NCBI GenBank assembly: GCA_964534625.1
Contig: CAZHRF010000003.1
Span: 50,865 to 70,864, forward strand
DNA: 20,000 nucleotides
Direction of reading: 5' to 3'
Source of the DNA: an uncultured archaeon
Lineage (GTDB): Archaea; Asgardarchaeota; Heimdallarchaeia; Heimdallarchaeales; Heimdallarchaeaceae
Part shown: positions 1-19,143 of the stretch, piece after piece
Layout of the letters: every line of letters starts with the position of its first letter
Position numbering within the stretch: the first letter of the stretch is position 1
Translations under genes and position numbers: made by a program
The notes under the pieces: generated by a model
Seen by the model: only the letters and a program-made list of their open reading frames with translations
Told to the model about the DNA's origin: nothing
Databases searched by the model: none

Positions 1-552
1 CATTTGAGGGAGCCTTTTATGGTAACAGAACCACCCACATCCAGTTCATTGTCTATAATGACATCAGTTAGAGCGCTTAAAGAACCATTTATCTCAACCC
101 CATTACTGTAAAGATTCTTTATGTGTTTAGCAGAACCATTCACTTCATATTCATCTATCTTCGTTACACCTTCTATTTTGCATGAACCATTAATATGAGC
201 TTTGTTTGATAAGCAGTCCTTACCAACTACTAAACTGCCGTCAGTCTTGATAATGGAGCTCTCTAATATCCCACCCACAGTCAACTGAGATCCATTCCTT
301 AAACCAGTAGATAGCACAATAACTTCATCCGCTTTAAGGTCAGAAGTAATATCTAAATCACCATCATGATGTTTCAAAATTGCAGTTTCAACTTTACCAT
401 CAATTTTAATATCTCCATATGTTTTCAATGTCCCCGTTACAACCAACTTTTTGTCTTTTGGAATGGTTACAACAGCACCCGTATGTACAATTAGATCACC
501 CTCAACATACGTTAATTCTTTATTTTCATTTTTTTCAACTTTTTCCGTCATA
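1..552 (-). CDS. Partial protein rich in GS/GG turns, likely polymer-forming (bactofilin-like) right-handed beta-helix protein; continues past the window edge
   Basis: Open reverse frame from ATG at 552 to the window edge: MTEKVEKNENKELTYVEGDLIVHTGAVVTIPKDKKLVVTGTLKTYGDIKIDGK...ELDVGGSVTIKGSLKM; repeated V-x-G/N-G-S-L pattern typical of beta-helical bactofilin-like proteins. Confidence 0.5.
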
Positions 553-660
553 TTTATCACTAATTTTTGTCTAAGAATAAGTAATACGAGTATATTAATA
601 AAGAAACACCACAAGATATGTTCACAAATTGTGAACACAAATTGTGTTTAATTTGAGAGT

Positions 661-1311
661 TTATTCTGTGTTAAAAGCTCGATCTCCTGCATCCCCAAGA
701 CCAGGTACAATATACCCTTTTTTATCTAATACCGGATCAATATCCCCAGCTAGTATAATTAATTCATCATACTTCCCCTTCAATCTTTTTAAACCATAAT
801 TAGAGGCTATAGCGCATAAGATAATAATCTTAGTCGGATTTTGATGATATAACTTGTCTACAAGATAAAGAAGAGTTGAACCGGAAGCCAACATAGGATC
901 AACAAGTATTGCTACTTTATTTTCTAAATAGGGAACATTAAAGTAGTCACCATCTATTCTAAAATCTGTTCCTTGTTCATTCAACATTTTTCCTCTTGAT
1001 GCAGAAACAAAACCAACAGAGGCGTGCTTATATTGGGATAAAACACCTTCCGCCATTGGAGCGGCAGCTCGTAAAATTGATATAACGCTAATATCATCCG
1101 CTATCACCTTCATTTTTTTGTTCCCTAATGGTGTTTTAACCACAGTATCTTTTTTTGATAAATACTTGGAAGCTTCGTAGGCTAGATATATACCCAACTC
1201 TCTCAGATTGTGTCTAAAAACAGGTGGTTCAGTGTTCTTATTCCTCAACTTTGCAATTACTTCTGAACATAAAACATTCGTTTGGCTAATATTATTAATC
1301 ATAAATCTCAC
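661..1311 (-). CDS. upp: Uracil phosphoribosyltransferase
   Basis: ORF with VISVLRAAAPMAEGVL, FVSASRG and the PRPP-binding motif AILVDPMLASGSTLLYLVD, ending in GLGDAGDRAFNTE. Confidence 0.93.
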   Translation of the reverse strand: MRFMINNISQTNVLCSEVIAKLRNKNTEPPVFRHNLRELGIYLAYEASKYLSKKDTVVKTPLGNKKMKVIADDISVISILRAAAPMAEGVLSQYKHASVGFVSASRGKMLNEQGTDFRIDGDYFNVPYLENKVAILVDPMLASGSTLLYLVDKLYHQNPTKIIILCAIASNYGLKRLKGKYDELIILAGDIDPVLDKKGYIVPGLGDAGDRAFNTE

Positions 1312-1631
1312 ATATTTTTAATCTTCATTTAACATTCAAACGTATATACCAAAAAGTTTTTTGTAATTTAGAATCACTACAACATATTCATCATGGCAAT
1401 GTATGATAATAGAAAGAATAAAAACTAAACCCTTAATCAATCTCTCTTCTCTGGGATTGAGCCAAATTTCAATGACCCCTTACCAGGGTTGTTATAATGA
1501 TTGTTATGATAGAATAGGCTAATATTCGTTTTAAAATGATCCAACACTTGAATCTTTTCTTAATTCGGTAGTACTATTCCTTTAGAAATCCTCAAGTTCC
1601 ACATAATATTAGTCGTAAAAACAAATGCAAA

Positions 1632-2333
1632 TTGTTTTTAAAGGTTAAAATTATTATTATCTTGTTAGCAATGTTTCCACAATCAGGGGGTAGTGCAGTC
1701 CCTCCCAATAAGTATATAGAGCAATTAATTATTCAAGCAATTCAATCTTTCTATTTAGAAGATTACGAATCTGGTGCTCATTTTCTTGAAGAAATTCGTA
1801 GAGCATTACCTAGAATGATGTATCAACTCAATCCTATTTTACGCAGTCTTTGTAAAGAAATAATAAAGATAGTTCAAGGTGGTTTAGTAAAACAAAGGGA
1901 ATCTAAAACAAAGCACCCTTCAGAAATACCAATCAGAGATAAGAATTTCATCGTTTCGGATTCAGACACCTCTTCAACCGACAAAACTAGTACAAAATCG
2001 GCAATGCCAACTCATGAAAAAAACGATAAAAATACACCAACCAAAGAGGATACATTTTCAGACAAACCAACTAAAAGCATCATCGATGGACCCAGCGCAC
2101 CACTAGAAGACCCATTCAATGATAATACACCTCAAAAACCAAAGAGACAATCTTCAAGCTCCGCTATGACTGATTTTTCACTTCCAGATACAGATACTCA
2201 AATAACTGCTACTGAAAGAGCATTAATATCCGAAATCAGTTCTGTTGTTAAGAAGAAAAAAGACAAGAAGTTAGATGAGATAGAAGATAGTCTTACTGGA
2301 ACACTATCTGATTTACAAGACTATGATGATTAA
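1632..2333 (+). CDS. Hypothetical protein with N-terminal hydrophobic segment and a long acidic/Ser-Thr-rich low-complexity C-terminal region
   Basis: 233-aa ORF; MFLKVKIIIILLAMFPQSGGS resembles a signal peptide or membrane anchor; no recognised domain. Confidence 0.55.
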   Translation: MFLKVKIIIILLAMFPQSGGSAVPPNKYIEQLIIQAIQSFYLEDYESGAHFLEEIRRALPRMMYQLNPILRSLCKEIIKIVQGGLVKQRESKTKHPSEIPIRDKNFIVSDSDTSSTDKTSTKSAMPTHEKNDKNTPTKEDTFSDKPTKSIIDGPSAPLEDPFNDNTPQKPKRQSSSSAMTDFSLPDTDTQITATERALISEISSVVKKKKDKKLDEIEDSLTGTLSDLQDYDD

Positions 2334-2342
2334 ACATACAAA

Positions 2343-2744
2343 CTATTGATTCAGGTTATATTCATCAGGTATATTTTCCCAATTTTTTTCTATTAAATCA
2401 TATACTGCTTCTTCTACTGAATACAATGTTTTCTTCAACCTTTCTTTTAGATTGGATTGGTCTACAGCCTTATATATGTTTCTTACACTACCCTCCGGAA
2501 TATCTCGGACTTCAACTTTCACTAATCCTTGATCTATCAATCCTTTTATTATTCGTACTACCGTTGTTCTATCTCTATCAACATATTCCGCAATTTCTTT
2601 AATATTTTTTTCAGGATTCTTGACTAGGTAAAAATATATTTTTGTGTGTATGGGTCTAAGTCCAAATAGACAACTGAAAATATCGCATCTTGCTCCTGTG
2701 CTCAAAGTTTCTGCTAAATTCATAAAACAGCCATCAATTGTCAT
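2343..2744 (-). CDS. Winged helix-turn-helix transcriptional regulator (TrmB/MarR-like)
   Basis: 133 aa; LRPIHTKIYFYLVKNPEKNIKEIAEYVDRDRTTVVRIIKGLIDQGLVKVEVRDIPEGSVRNIYKAVD is a typical archaeal wHTH with a beta-wing. Confidence 0.8.
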   Translation of the reverse strand: MTIDGCFMNLAETLSTGARCDIFSCLFGLRPIHTKIYFYLVKNPEKNIKEIAEYVDRDRTTVVRIIKGLIDQGLVKVEVRDIPEGSVRNIYKAVDQSNLKERLKKTLYSVEEAVYDLIEKNWENIPDEYNLNQ

Positions 2745-2874
2745 TTTATCATATATCCTTTTTTAACGAAGTCAATTAAATATTGTGTTATAACAAAATT
2801 TTTCAACACTTTAGTTGTAAAAACCAACAATTTAAAAGTAGATGAATAGGATGTACCATGTATGTTAATTAATA

Positions 2875-3336
2875 TTGCACACACTTATGGTGACTATGAT
2901 GACGGATTCTGAGATAGAAAAGATTAAACAAAAGAAGATACTGGAAATGATGAATACAGAAAAGAACAAAGATACTCCTGCAGGAAAAGCAATAGAATTA
3001 AACGATAATCAATTTGAAAGTTTCATTAAGAAAAAAGGAATAGTTGTTGTCGATTGCTGGGCACAATGGTGTGGCCCATGTCGTACAATGGCCCCCATAA
3101 TGGATCAGTTAGCCCAAGAATGGAAAGATAAAGGCGTTCATATTGGTAAAATTAATGTTCAACAATATACTCGTTCTGCAGCTAAATATGGTGTTTCATC
3201 AATTCCAAACTTTTTAGTGTTTAAAGATGGGAAATATTTAGGTAATGTTTTAGGTGCTGTAGGAAAAAAACCTTTTGAAGAATTATTCAAAAAAATATTA
3301 AGAGGAGATTTTGATAAAAAGGAAGGGTATGCATAA
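2875..3336 (+). CDS. Thioredoxin
   Basis: WAQWCGPCRTMAPIMDQLAQEW (CGPC active site), GVSSIPNFLVFKDGK cis-Pro region. The true start may be an internal Met. Confidence 0.93.
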   Translation: MHTLMVTMMTDSEIEKIKQKKILEMMNTEKNKDTPAGKAIELNDNQFESFIKKKGIVVVDCWAQWCGPCRTMAPIMDQLAQEWKDKGVHIGKINVQQYTRSAAKYGVSSIPNFLVFKDGKYLGNVLGAVGKKPFEELFKKILRGDFDKKEGYA

Positions 3337-3355
3337 TCTCCTTTTGTATTTATTT

Positions 3356-5230
3356 TCATTGGTGGATGTAATCAAATAAACTCGTTTGTACTTCTTTTTT
3401 AACTTTAATGGGCGTTGAATATAGTCTTTCGCTAAATTCTCTATTTCTTGTTGTTACAATAATCAAAAAATTATCTTTTACATCATTCAAGACTGTTGCT
3501 AATAACTCAAGCCTTTTACCATCTAGGGCATTTTCTGGACTGTCTATTATTAACATACCGTATTTTGCATATCCTTTGTTTATAAGATATTTCCATACAG
3601 CAATTCGTAAAGCTATATCTATGAAATATTTTTCACCGCCTGACATGCTTTCATAGGCTCTATTACTCCCATCAACTAATAATGATAGGGTCATAAATTT
3701 GGGGTCTATATGCATTCCATATCCAAAAACGTCTAAAGCTGTTTCTGAAAATTGCTTTAAAATTTGTGTCCTCTCAACAGTTGAAGGTTCATTAGCTTTT
3801 AATTTTAATAATTCCTCTTGAATTTCTTGTAACTTTTGTTTTAGAGACTCTTTTCTCGATATTATTGCATTTAAATTAATGTTTTCTTTAATAAAATCCA
3901 TTTGAGTTTCCACAAGGGTTATACTCTTTACGGATTGATTGATCTCTTTCATTATTCCTTTAATTACTTGGTCATGTTGCTTTATCTTTGCTCTAATACT
4001 TGATATTGTCTCATGTAATTGTCGTTCTTGTTGTTTTTCTTGCTTAAACTCCTCTTCAGTTTGTTTTAACTTTTCATTCAATTCAATCAATTCAGCTTCT
4101 GTTTTTGCCAAATCTTCTTCTAAACTTTGACTTTCCGGCATTTCTTGTTTCTCTATGTTAAACAAACCTTCTTTTAGTGAAGCAGGTAATCGATGCCATT
4201 CGGTCCCACAAATTGGACATCCAACCTGTAGTCTCCTATCCCAATTACGTTCAAGATTGGTATGACAAAATTCACACATTGGTTTTTGACTAATTTTTGT
4301 TTTTAAATAATCGTACTTTTCACTCCCCACTTTTTCCGCTACATCCAAACTCTTGAGTATAGTTTCTCTTTTTCGCGCTAAATTGTTTCTGTTTGTTCTT
4401 ATTTTGTCAATTTCTATCCTCATTTCATAATTTTCTTCTTTTTTTGCAAAGAGTAACTCATTCAATTTTTCTTCTTCTTTTTCCAATTCTTGAATTTTCT
4501 CTTCTTCTATTTCAATGATTTCTTCCTTTTGTTTTCTTTGTTTTTCAAGTTCCTTATATCTTTCAGTTAATATCTGCTCACTTACTGCTTCTATCCCCAG
4601 TAATTGCATGGCTGAGCGTATCTTCTCTTCTGTTTCTTCTAACTTTTTCACTTGATCCATAGTATCTTTTCTTTTTTGCTCTTTTTCACGTATTTTTTGT
4701 CTTAACTGGTAGTCTTCTGGAGCTCCACTCGTATATTTATGTATTAATCTAAAAAAGCTATAGAGATCATTTTCTTCCTCTCTTCCCAGCAATGTATGAG
4801 AATCTTCTCGCTTAAAATACAAACTTTGATATAAATCTTGAAGGTCATCTAAAGAGATCTTTAGCTTACGAAAAAGGTAATTAGAGTATTCTTGTTTTGA
4901 ATAACTTCTTGTTCCTTTTCCTGATTCGGAAACATGTGTTCGTATTCCTGCATCAGTTAAATTTTGTTTAATTATTGCCTCTTGACTAAAAAACCATGTA
5001 CTTTTGATATAAGCGTCTTTTGACGCCCGTTTTCTAGAAAAAGAACTATATCGTTGTGCATGGGCATCCGAACATAATGCCCTTTCTATTATATCACACA
5101 AAGTTGTTTTTCCGTGGCCATTATTTGCTAGCAATGAATTAATGCCACTTTCAAATTTAATTATATGTGTAGAAGATTCTGATAATGGAATAATATCACT
5201 AAACTCTAATTCTGAAAGAATCGGTAACAT
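3356..5230 (-). CDS. Rad50/SMC-like coiled-coil ATPase with central double-CxxC zinc hook
   Basis: Walker A LLANNGHGKTTL; long E/K-rich coiled coil; CEFCHTNLERNWDRRLQVGCPICGTEWH in the centre; signature MSGGEKYFIDIALRIAV; Walker B YGMLIIDSPENALDG. Confidence 0.88.
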   Translation of the reverse strand: MLPILSELEFSDIIPLSESSTHIIKFESGINSLLANNGHGKTTLCDIIERALCSDAHAQRYSSFSRKRASKDAYIKSTWFFSQEAIIKQNLTDAGIRTHVSESGKGTRSYSKQEYSNYLFRKLKISLDDLQDLYQSLYFKREDSHTLLGREEENDLYSFFRLIHKYTSGAPEDYQLRQKIREKEQKRKDTMDQVKKLEETEEKIRSAMQLLGIEAVSEQILTERYKELEKQRKQKEEIIEIEEEKIQELEKEEEKLNELLFAKKEENYEMRIEIDKIRTNRNNLARKRETILKSLDVAEKVGSEKYDYLKTKISQKPMCEFCHTNLERNWDRRLQVGCPICGTEWHRLPASLKEGLFNIEKQEMPESQSLEEDLAKTEAELIELNEKLKQTEEEFKQEKQQERQLHETISSIRAKIKQHDQVIKGIMKEINQSVKSITLVETQMDFIKENINLNAIISRKESLKQKLQEIQEELLKLKANEPSTVERTQILKQFSETALDVFGYGMHIDPKFMTLSLLVDGSNRAYESMSGGEKYFIDIALRIAVWKYLINKGYAKYGMLIIDSPENALDGKRLELLATVLNDVKDNFLIIVTTRNREFSERLYSTPIKVKKEVQTSLFDYIHQ

Positions 5231-5297
5231 TAGTATTAAGTATATTTAATAACTTTTTAAACCTTTTTCGTTTATTATACTTAACCCAATTAAGATA

Positions 5298-10024
<4,727 letters not shown>

Positions 10025-10321
10025 TTAAAAAGGGCTCTAACCTATTGTTTTTAACGTGAATCTTATTTTTTTATCATTTAAAAATCAATTGGTTGTATCG
10101 CATTTCAAACTATTCTGCTAACACTTTTTACTTTGACACATAGAGTCTGAGTCTGAGTGAAAAACCATCAAAAAAAACACTTTATTCTTACTTAAACAAC
10201 GAATAATGATAGGGATTTGTAATTATCTACACAGTTAACCAAACCAAGAAAATAAGCATGTGAAGTTTAGAAAGATAAACTTACATATTAAATGACAAAG
10301 AATATCTGTCAATTTTTAAAT

Positions 10322-11269
10322 CTAAGGAACAATTCTCGTTCCACTAGTTCCCTTTATTGCTTCTTTTACAGTTTCAGGGTTAGTGATTATCGCCGTACCT
10401 TGTGTTTTCTTTACGTATTTTATAGCGGCTTCTACCTTTGGTCCCATACTACCTTCTATAAAATGTCCTTCTTTATAATATTGCATAGCTAATTCCAAAT
10501 TTATTTCTCCCAGCTTCTGACTATTTTCTTTATTGTAATTTAAATAGGCATTAGATACGTCAGTTAACACAATAAAATACTTAGCGTTTACTTCTTCAGC
10601 AAGAATTGATGTTGCCCGATCTTTATCAATGACTGCGATTGCTCCTTCCAACATACCATCTTCTTTTTCTATAATAGGTATACCTCCCCCACCTGTACAG
10701 TAAACTAAAGCACCAGTATTAACAACAGCCATAATCTCTTTCTTTTCAACTATTTTCTGTGGCCATGGCGAAGCCACAAACAATCTGTAACCACGATCTG
10801 CATCATTTTTATAAGGTCCCTTCTTTATTTTATTAAACTCGTCAGCTTGCTCTTTGGTATAAAAACGACCAATGGGTTTTGTAGGTTTTTTGAAAGCGGG
10901 ATCATCCTTATCAACTATAACGCGTGTACAAATTGTCACTACAGATAAATCAAGTCCTCTTCGTTTAAATTCATTCTGCAAAGTCATCGATATCATGTAT
11001 CCAATCTGTCCTTGGCTCATAGCTCCTGCAACATATAATGGCATACTAGGGGTATCTTTGTAACCTTGTTGGGCTAAAATATTACCTACTTGCGGCCCAT
11101 TACCCGATGTTAAAATAATTTTATACCCTTGTTCATACAAATCAGCGATAGTTCGGGCTGCGTCTCTTGTATTTTCCATTTGTTCTTCAAATGACCCTTT
11201 TTGTCCTCTCCTTAATATCATGTTGCCGCCCAAAGCAATAACAATTATCTCTTGTTCCATTGATTTCAC
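10322..11269 (-). CDS. arcC: Carbamate kinase
   Basis: IVIALGGNMILRRGQKGSFEEQ, LTSGNGPQVGNILAQQ, VVNTGALVYCTGGGGIPII, IDKDRATSILAEEVNAKYFIVLTDVSNAYLNY, GSMGPKVEAAIKYV. Confidence 0.93.
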   Translation of the reverse strand: MKSMEQEIIVIALGGNMILRRGQKGSFEEQMENTRDAARTIADLYEQGYKIILTSGNGPQVGNILAQQGYKDTPSMPLYVAGAMSQGQIGYMISMTLQNEFKRRGLDLSVVTICTRVIVDKDDPAFKKPTKPIGRFYTKEQADEFNKIKKGPYKNDADRGYRLFVASPWPQKIVEKKEIMAVVNTGALVYCTGGGGIPIIEKEDGMLEGAIAVIDKDRATSILAEEVNAKYFIVLTDVSNAYLNYNKENSQKLGEINLELAMQYYKEGHFIEGSMGPKVEAAIKYVKKTQGTAIITNPETVKEAIKGTSGTRIVP

Positions 11270-11352
11270 CTATAGATAAAAGCGAATTTAAAAAAGGATA
11301 TATAAATTCTTCTTCAGTATAGGATTTATAGAGAAGATAAAATTAGAAAAAA

Positions 11353-12744
<1,392 letters not shown>

Positions 12745-12791
12745 TTAGATTATCATTCACATTAGTATAACTTAAGTGAGTTGTTATTAAT

Positions 12792-13448
12792 TTGAGATTC
12801 TTTGAGAATGAACAATACATATTCTTGTACTTAGCTGATATTGTTAATGGAGAGTTAAAAGAAAACCCAGATAATCCGTATGACATAACACTAATAACCA
12901 GTAATGATGAGGAAATTAAGAGAACAAGATTAATAGGTACCGTTGTTGATAAATATTTCAGCCCCGGAACAGAAGAAAAAAAAGCATATACAGCTTTAGT
13001 TATTGATGATGGTACAGATACACTAAGACTGAAAGGCTGGGAAGATATGGCGGAGAGAATGAATGAAATGCTCATTGGAGATGAAATAGAAGCATATGGA
13101 AGACCAAACGAAGATGAAAATGAGAGATATATTGTTCCAGATAAAATAATTAAAATTAAAGATTATAAAAGGGAATTATATTTACGAGCCATAAAGGTAA
13201 AACGATATGCAAGTAATAATCTAAAAATACCAAAAATTAGTGTTAAAAAAACAACAGATGAAGAGGAGACCAATATTGCCAAGGAAGACATAAGGAACCT
13301 TATCTTTGATAATGAAGAAGGTATGACATTAGATGAACTGATGAAAACAACAGATATAGATCGCCCAACGATAGAAGAGGCAATTCAAGATCTTGCAAAC
13401 GATGGAGACATTTATGAGCCTGAAACGGGGTTATTCAAGAGAGTTTAA
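12792..13448 (+). CDS. RPA32-like single-strand DNA-binding protein: OB-fold plus C-terminal winged helix
   Basis: RTRLIGTVVDKYFSPGTEEKKAYTALVIDDGTDTLRLKGWEDMAERMNEMLIGDEIEAYGRPNED (OB fold); EEGMTLDELMKTTDIDRPTIEEAIQDLANDGDIYEPETGLFKRV (wHTH). Confidence 0.75.
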   Translation: MRFFENEQYIFLYLADIVNGELKENPDNPYDITLITSNDEEIKRTRLIGTVVDKYFSPGTEEKKAYTALVIDDGTDTLRLKGWEDMAERMNEMLIGDEIEAYGRPNEDENERYIVPDKIIKIKDYKRELYLRAIKVKRYASNNLKIPKISVKKTTDEEETNIAKEDIRNLIFDNEEGMTLDELMKTTDIDRPTIEEAIQDLANDGDIYEPETGLFKRV

Positions 13449-13514
13449 ATTAAAGTTGTCTCCTACATTTCTTTCTGTAAAAAGATAAAATTAAAAAATT
13501 TGACTAAATTGATC

Positions 13515-13856
13515 TTAATTGCAATATTCTGATAGAAGTGAAATAAACTTTTCTTTCAAGTCTAATCCCCTATATTTAAAACCTAGTTTTTTGATACATT
13601 TAGCAAGTTTTTTTTCTTCCAAAACATAATACAACCAAGAACTCAAATCACTAAACACTTGATTCTCTGAATCTAAGCGGTATATATGATATTCAATACT
13701 ATAATATGGGACAAAAGGTAAAATGTGATATAATTCACATAAAGTAGTAGCACACCCAAAAAGTGTATTAGGGTCATTAGGGTCCCTAAATGTAAAGGGA
13801 GGACTAATGGGTTTAGCTGGCTTAATGAAGTCATTTTTGGGTATAGATTTTGTCAT
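13515..13856 (-). CDS. Hypothetical protein (113 aa)
   Basis: Uninterrupted ORF with ordinary composition in the gap between the RPA-like gene and the 5S locus; no recognised motif. Confidence 0.5.
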   Translation of the reverse strand: MTKSIPKNDFIKPAKPISPPFTFRDPNDPNTLFGCATTLCELYHILPFVPYYSIEYHIYRLDSENQVFSDLSSWLYYVLEEKKLAKCIKKLGFKYRGLDLKEKFISLLSEYCN

Positions 13857-14002
13857 TTACTCTTCCTTCAGATTATGAGATTTAAGTGAATCTTAAAAAT
13901 ATCTATTTAAAATTTATCCTATGAATTCTTTATGGTTTTAGAATAAGATGAGAGAAACATATAAGAAGTGAACAAACAGTATATAGGATATCACAACATC
14001 AA

Positions 14003-14307
<305 letters not shown>

Positions 14308-14392
14308 GACATTATATTGAAGCACAGAACAATAAATTTGTTTTACAAAGGATTGAAGAAAACTATTCGCAATCAACTATAAGAATTAAGCA

Positions 14393-14475
14393 TGGAGCCA
14401 CGACGGGGATTTGAACCCCGGAGCCTAAAGGCAATGCCTTAGCAGAGCATCTCCATACCGCTTGGATATCGTGGC
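14393..14475 (-). tRNA. tRNA-Ser(GCU), CCA encoded
   Basis: GCCACGA TA UCC..GGA AUGCU CUGCUAA GGCAU, long variable arm UGCC-UUUA-GGCU, T-arm CGGGG UUCAAAU CCCCG, acceptor UCGUGGC, U73, CCA. All stems pair. Confidence 0.93.
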
Positions 14476-14690
14476 ATAGTGTGGAACAAACTTAGAGTGA
14501 AGTAATTCCGAGTGTAACAAGATCAATTATTTATTATAATTACCCTTATTAATCAAAAACAAACCTTCACTATTCTATTTTAAATATTTCGACCGATTAG
14601 CTTTTTACACATAGATATGTATCTTCATACAGTCAATAGTATCTTTTTCATAGCCAGGTATTGCTTACTCAGTCATATCTTCATCTTTAA

Positions 14691-18132
<3,442 letters not shown>

Positions 18133-18184
18133 GCAAAGTTAACATGTTTTTTGGTGTTTATATAATATATACATATTATAATAT

Positions 18185-18628
18185 ATGAGCGTAATGTCAA
18201 ATATTATCCCTAATCTCACCCAAAATAAGTCAAATGAGTCAGAAAAAACCATCTTTCAAAAAATGACACAAGAGGAAGAGAAAAAGAGAGAGAAAGCAAG
18301 GAGATTGTTATTAAAAGAAGAGATTGACTTAACGATTAAAAAATTATGGCGATTAATACCAGGATTATCAAATAATTTTCAGCAGATTAGAATTGAATCC
18401 TACAAATTGATTGACCAGGGAATAATTCCAGATAGACCAAAACATGATGCTGCGCTAATAATGGTTATTGCTTTGTTTAAATATCATCTACCATTTGAAC
18501 CATTGAAACAAGTAGCATTGTGTCTATTAAGAACAGACACTATAAATGATCTACAAACATTAAACACACAAATTTTAGAGTATGAAAAAGATATAGAGAA
18601 CATTGTACCATTCCAATATAGGATTTAA
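18185..18628 (+). CDS. Hypothetical helical protein (147 aa) inside the hyp cluster
   Basis: Uninterrupted ORF co-directional with hypF after a ~50-bp gap; charged N-terminus and a predicted all-helical body; no recognised family. Confidence 0.6.
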   Translation: MSVMSNIIPNLTQNKSNESEKTIFQKMTQEEEKKREKARRLLLKEEIDLTIKKLWRLIPGLSNNFQQIRIESYKLIDQGIIPDRPKHDAALIMVIALFKYHLPFEPLKQVALCLLRTDTINDLQTLNTQILEYEKDIENIVPFQYRI

Positions 18629-18690
18629 ACAATGTTTATTACATCTTAAGCTTATATTAGACCTGTTTGGGTTTTTTTTCAATAAGCCTC

Positions 18691-19022
18691 CGACTGAAAT
18701 CGCCCATAGAACCTGTAGTTCGACCTCACGTCAGAAGCCGTTTCCACCTTATCAGCTCCACACCGATTATTACGTGCATCACACATCGTTCTTAGGGGTG
18801 CTTACTTCCGTACCTAACCCATTTTGAACTAAACCTTTCTAATGCTCCCCTCCGGGAACACCTCTGGTTTGCGCAATCTCGTAAGTCGATGCTTCAACGC
18901 GTACTAAGGAAGGCGTATCTTTCCTCAGTAAGGCCTCGGCAACAGTATTCGTCCCAGCATATAGAGCGTTTCTGGTTATAGGGTAGCCCTAACACCCCGA
19001 CTAGTTTTCTACCGATTTCAGT
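18691..19022 (-). ncRNA. Archaeal signal recognition particle (7S) RNA
   Basis: Minus strand contains helix 8 GGGUUAGGUACGGAAGUAAGCACCC (18796-18820), helix 6 GAGGUGUUCCCGGAGGGGAGCAUU, the helix 3/4 region GUGUUAGGGC...UAACCAGAAAC...UAUGCUGGGA, and a 10-bp perfect terminal helix 1, ACUGAAAUCG (19022-19013)/CGAUUUCAGU (18703-18694). Confidence 0.92.
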
Positions 19023-19143
19023 TGATTATTGTCATAACCAACATTATAACATTTAAACATTATCATCTTTGGTTTATAGAGTATTATTGCACTATTACTG
19101 ACATAAAGAAGTATTTATCAACGTACTTATAACTTTACACACA

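Noticed and set aside
3408-4130. Antisense ORFs opposite the Rad50/SMC-like gene (3408-3656, 3939-4130)
   Set aside because: Complement of Walker B/signature and coiled-coil codons; no independent support.
10130-10180. Short direct repeat gagtctgagtctgagtga as a possible regulatory repeat
   Set aside because: Only a 6-nt unit repeated briefly in AT-rich intergenic DNA; too little to support a feature.
18603-18827. 74-aa plus-strand ORF antisense to SRP RNA
   Set aside because: Translates the complement of conserved 7S RNA helices and overlaps the end of the 147-aa ORF; no protein-like signal.
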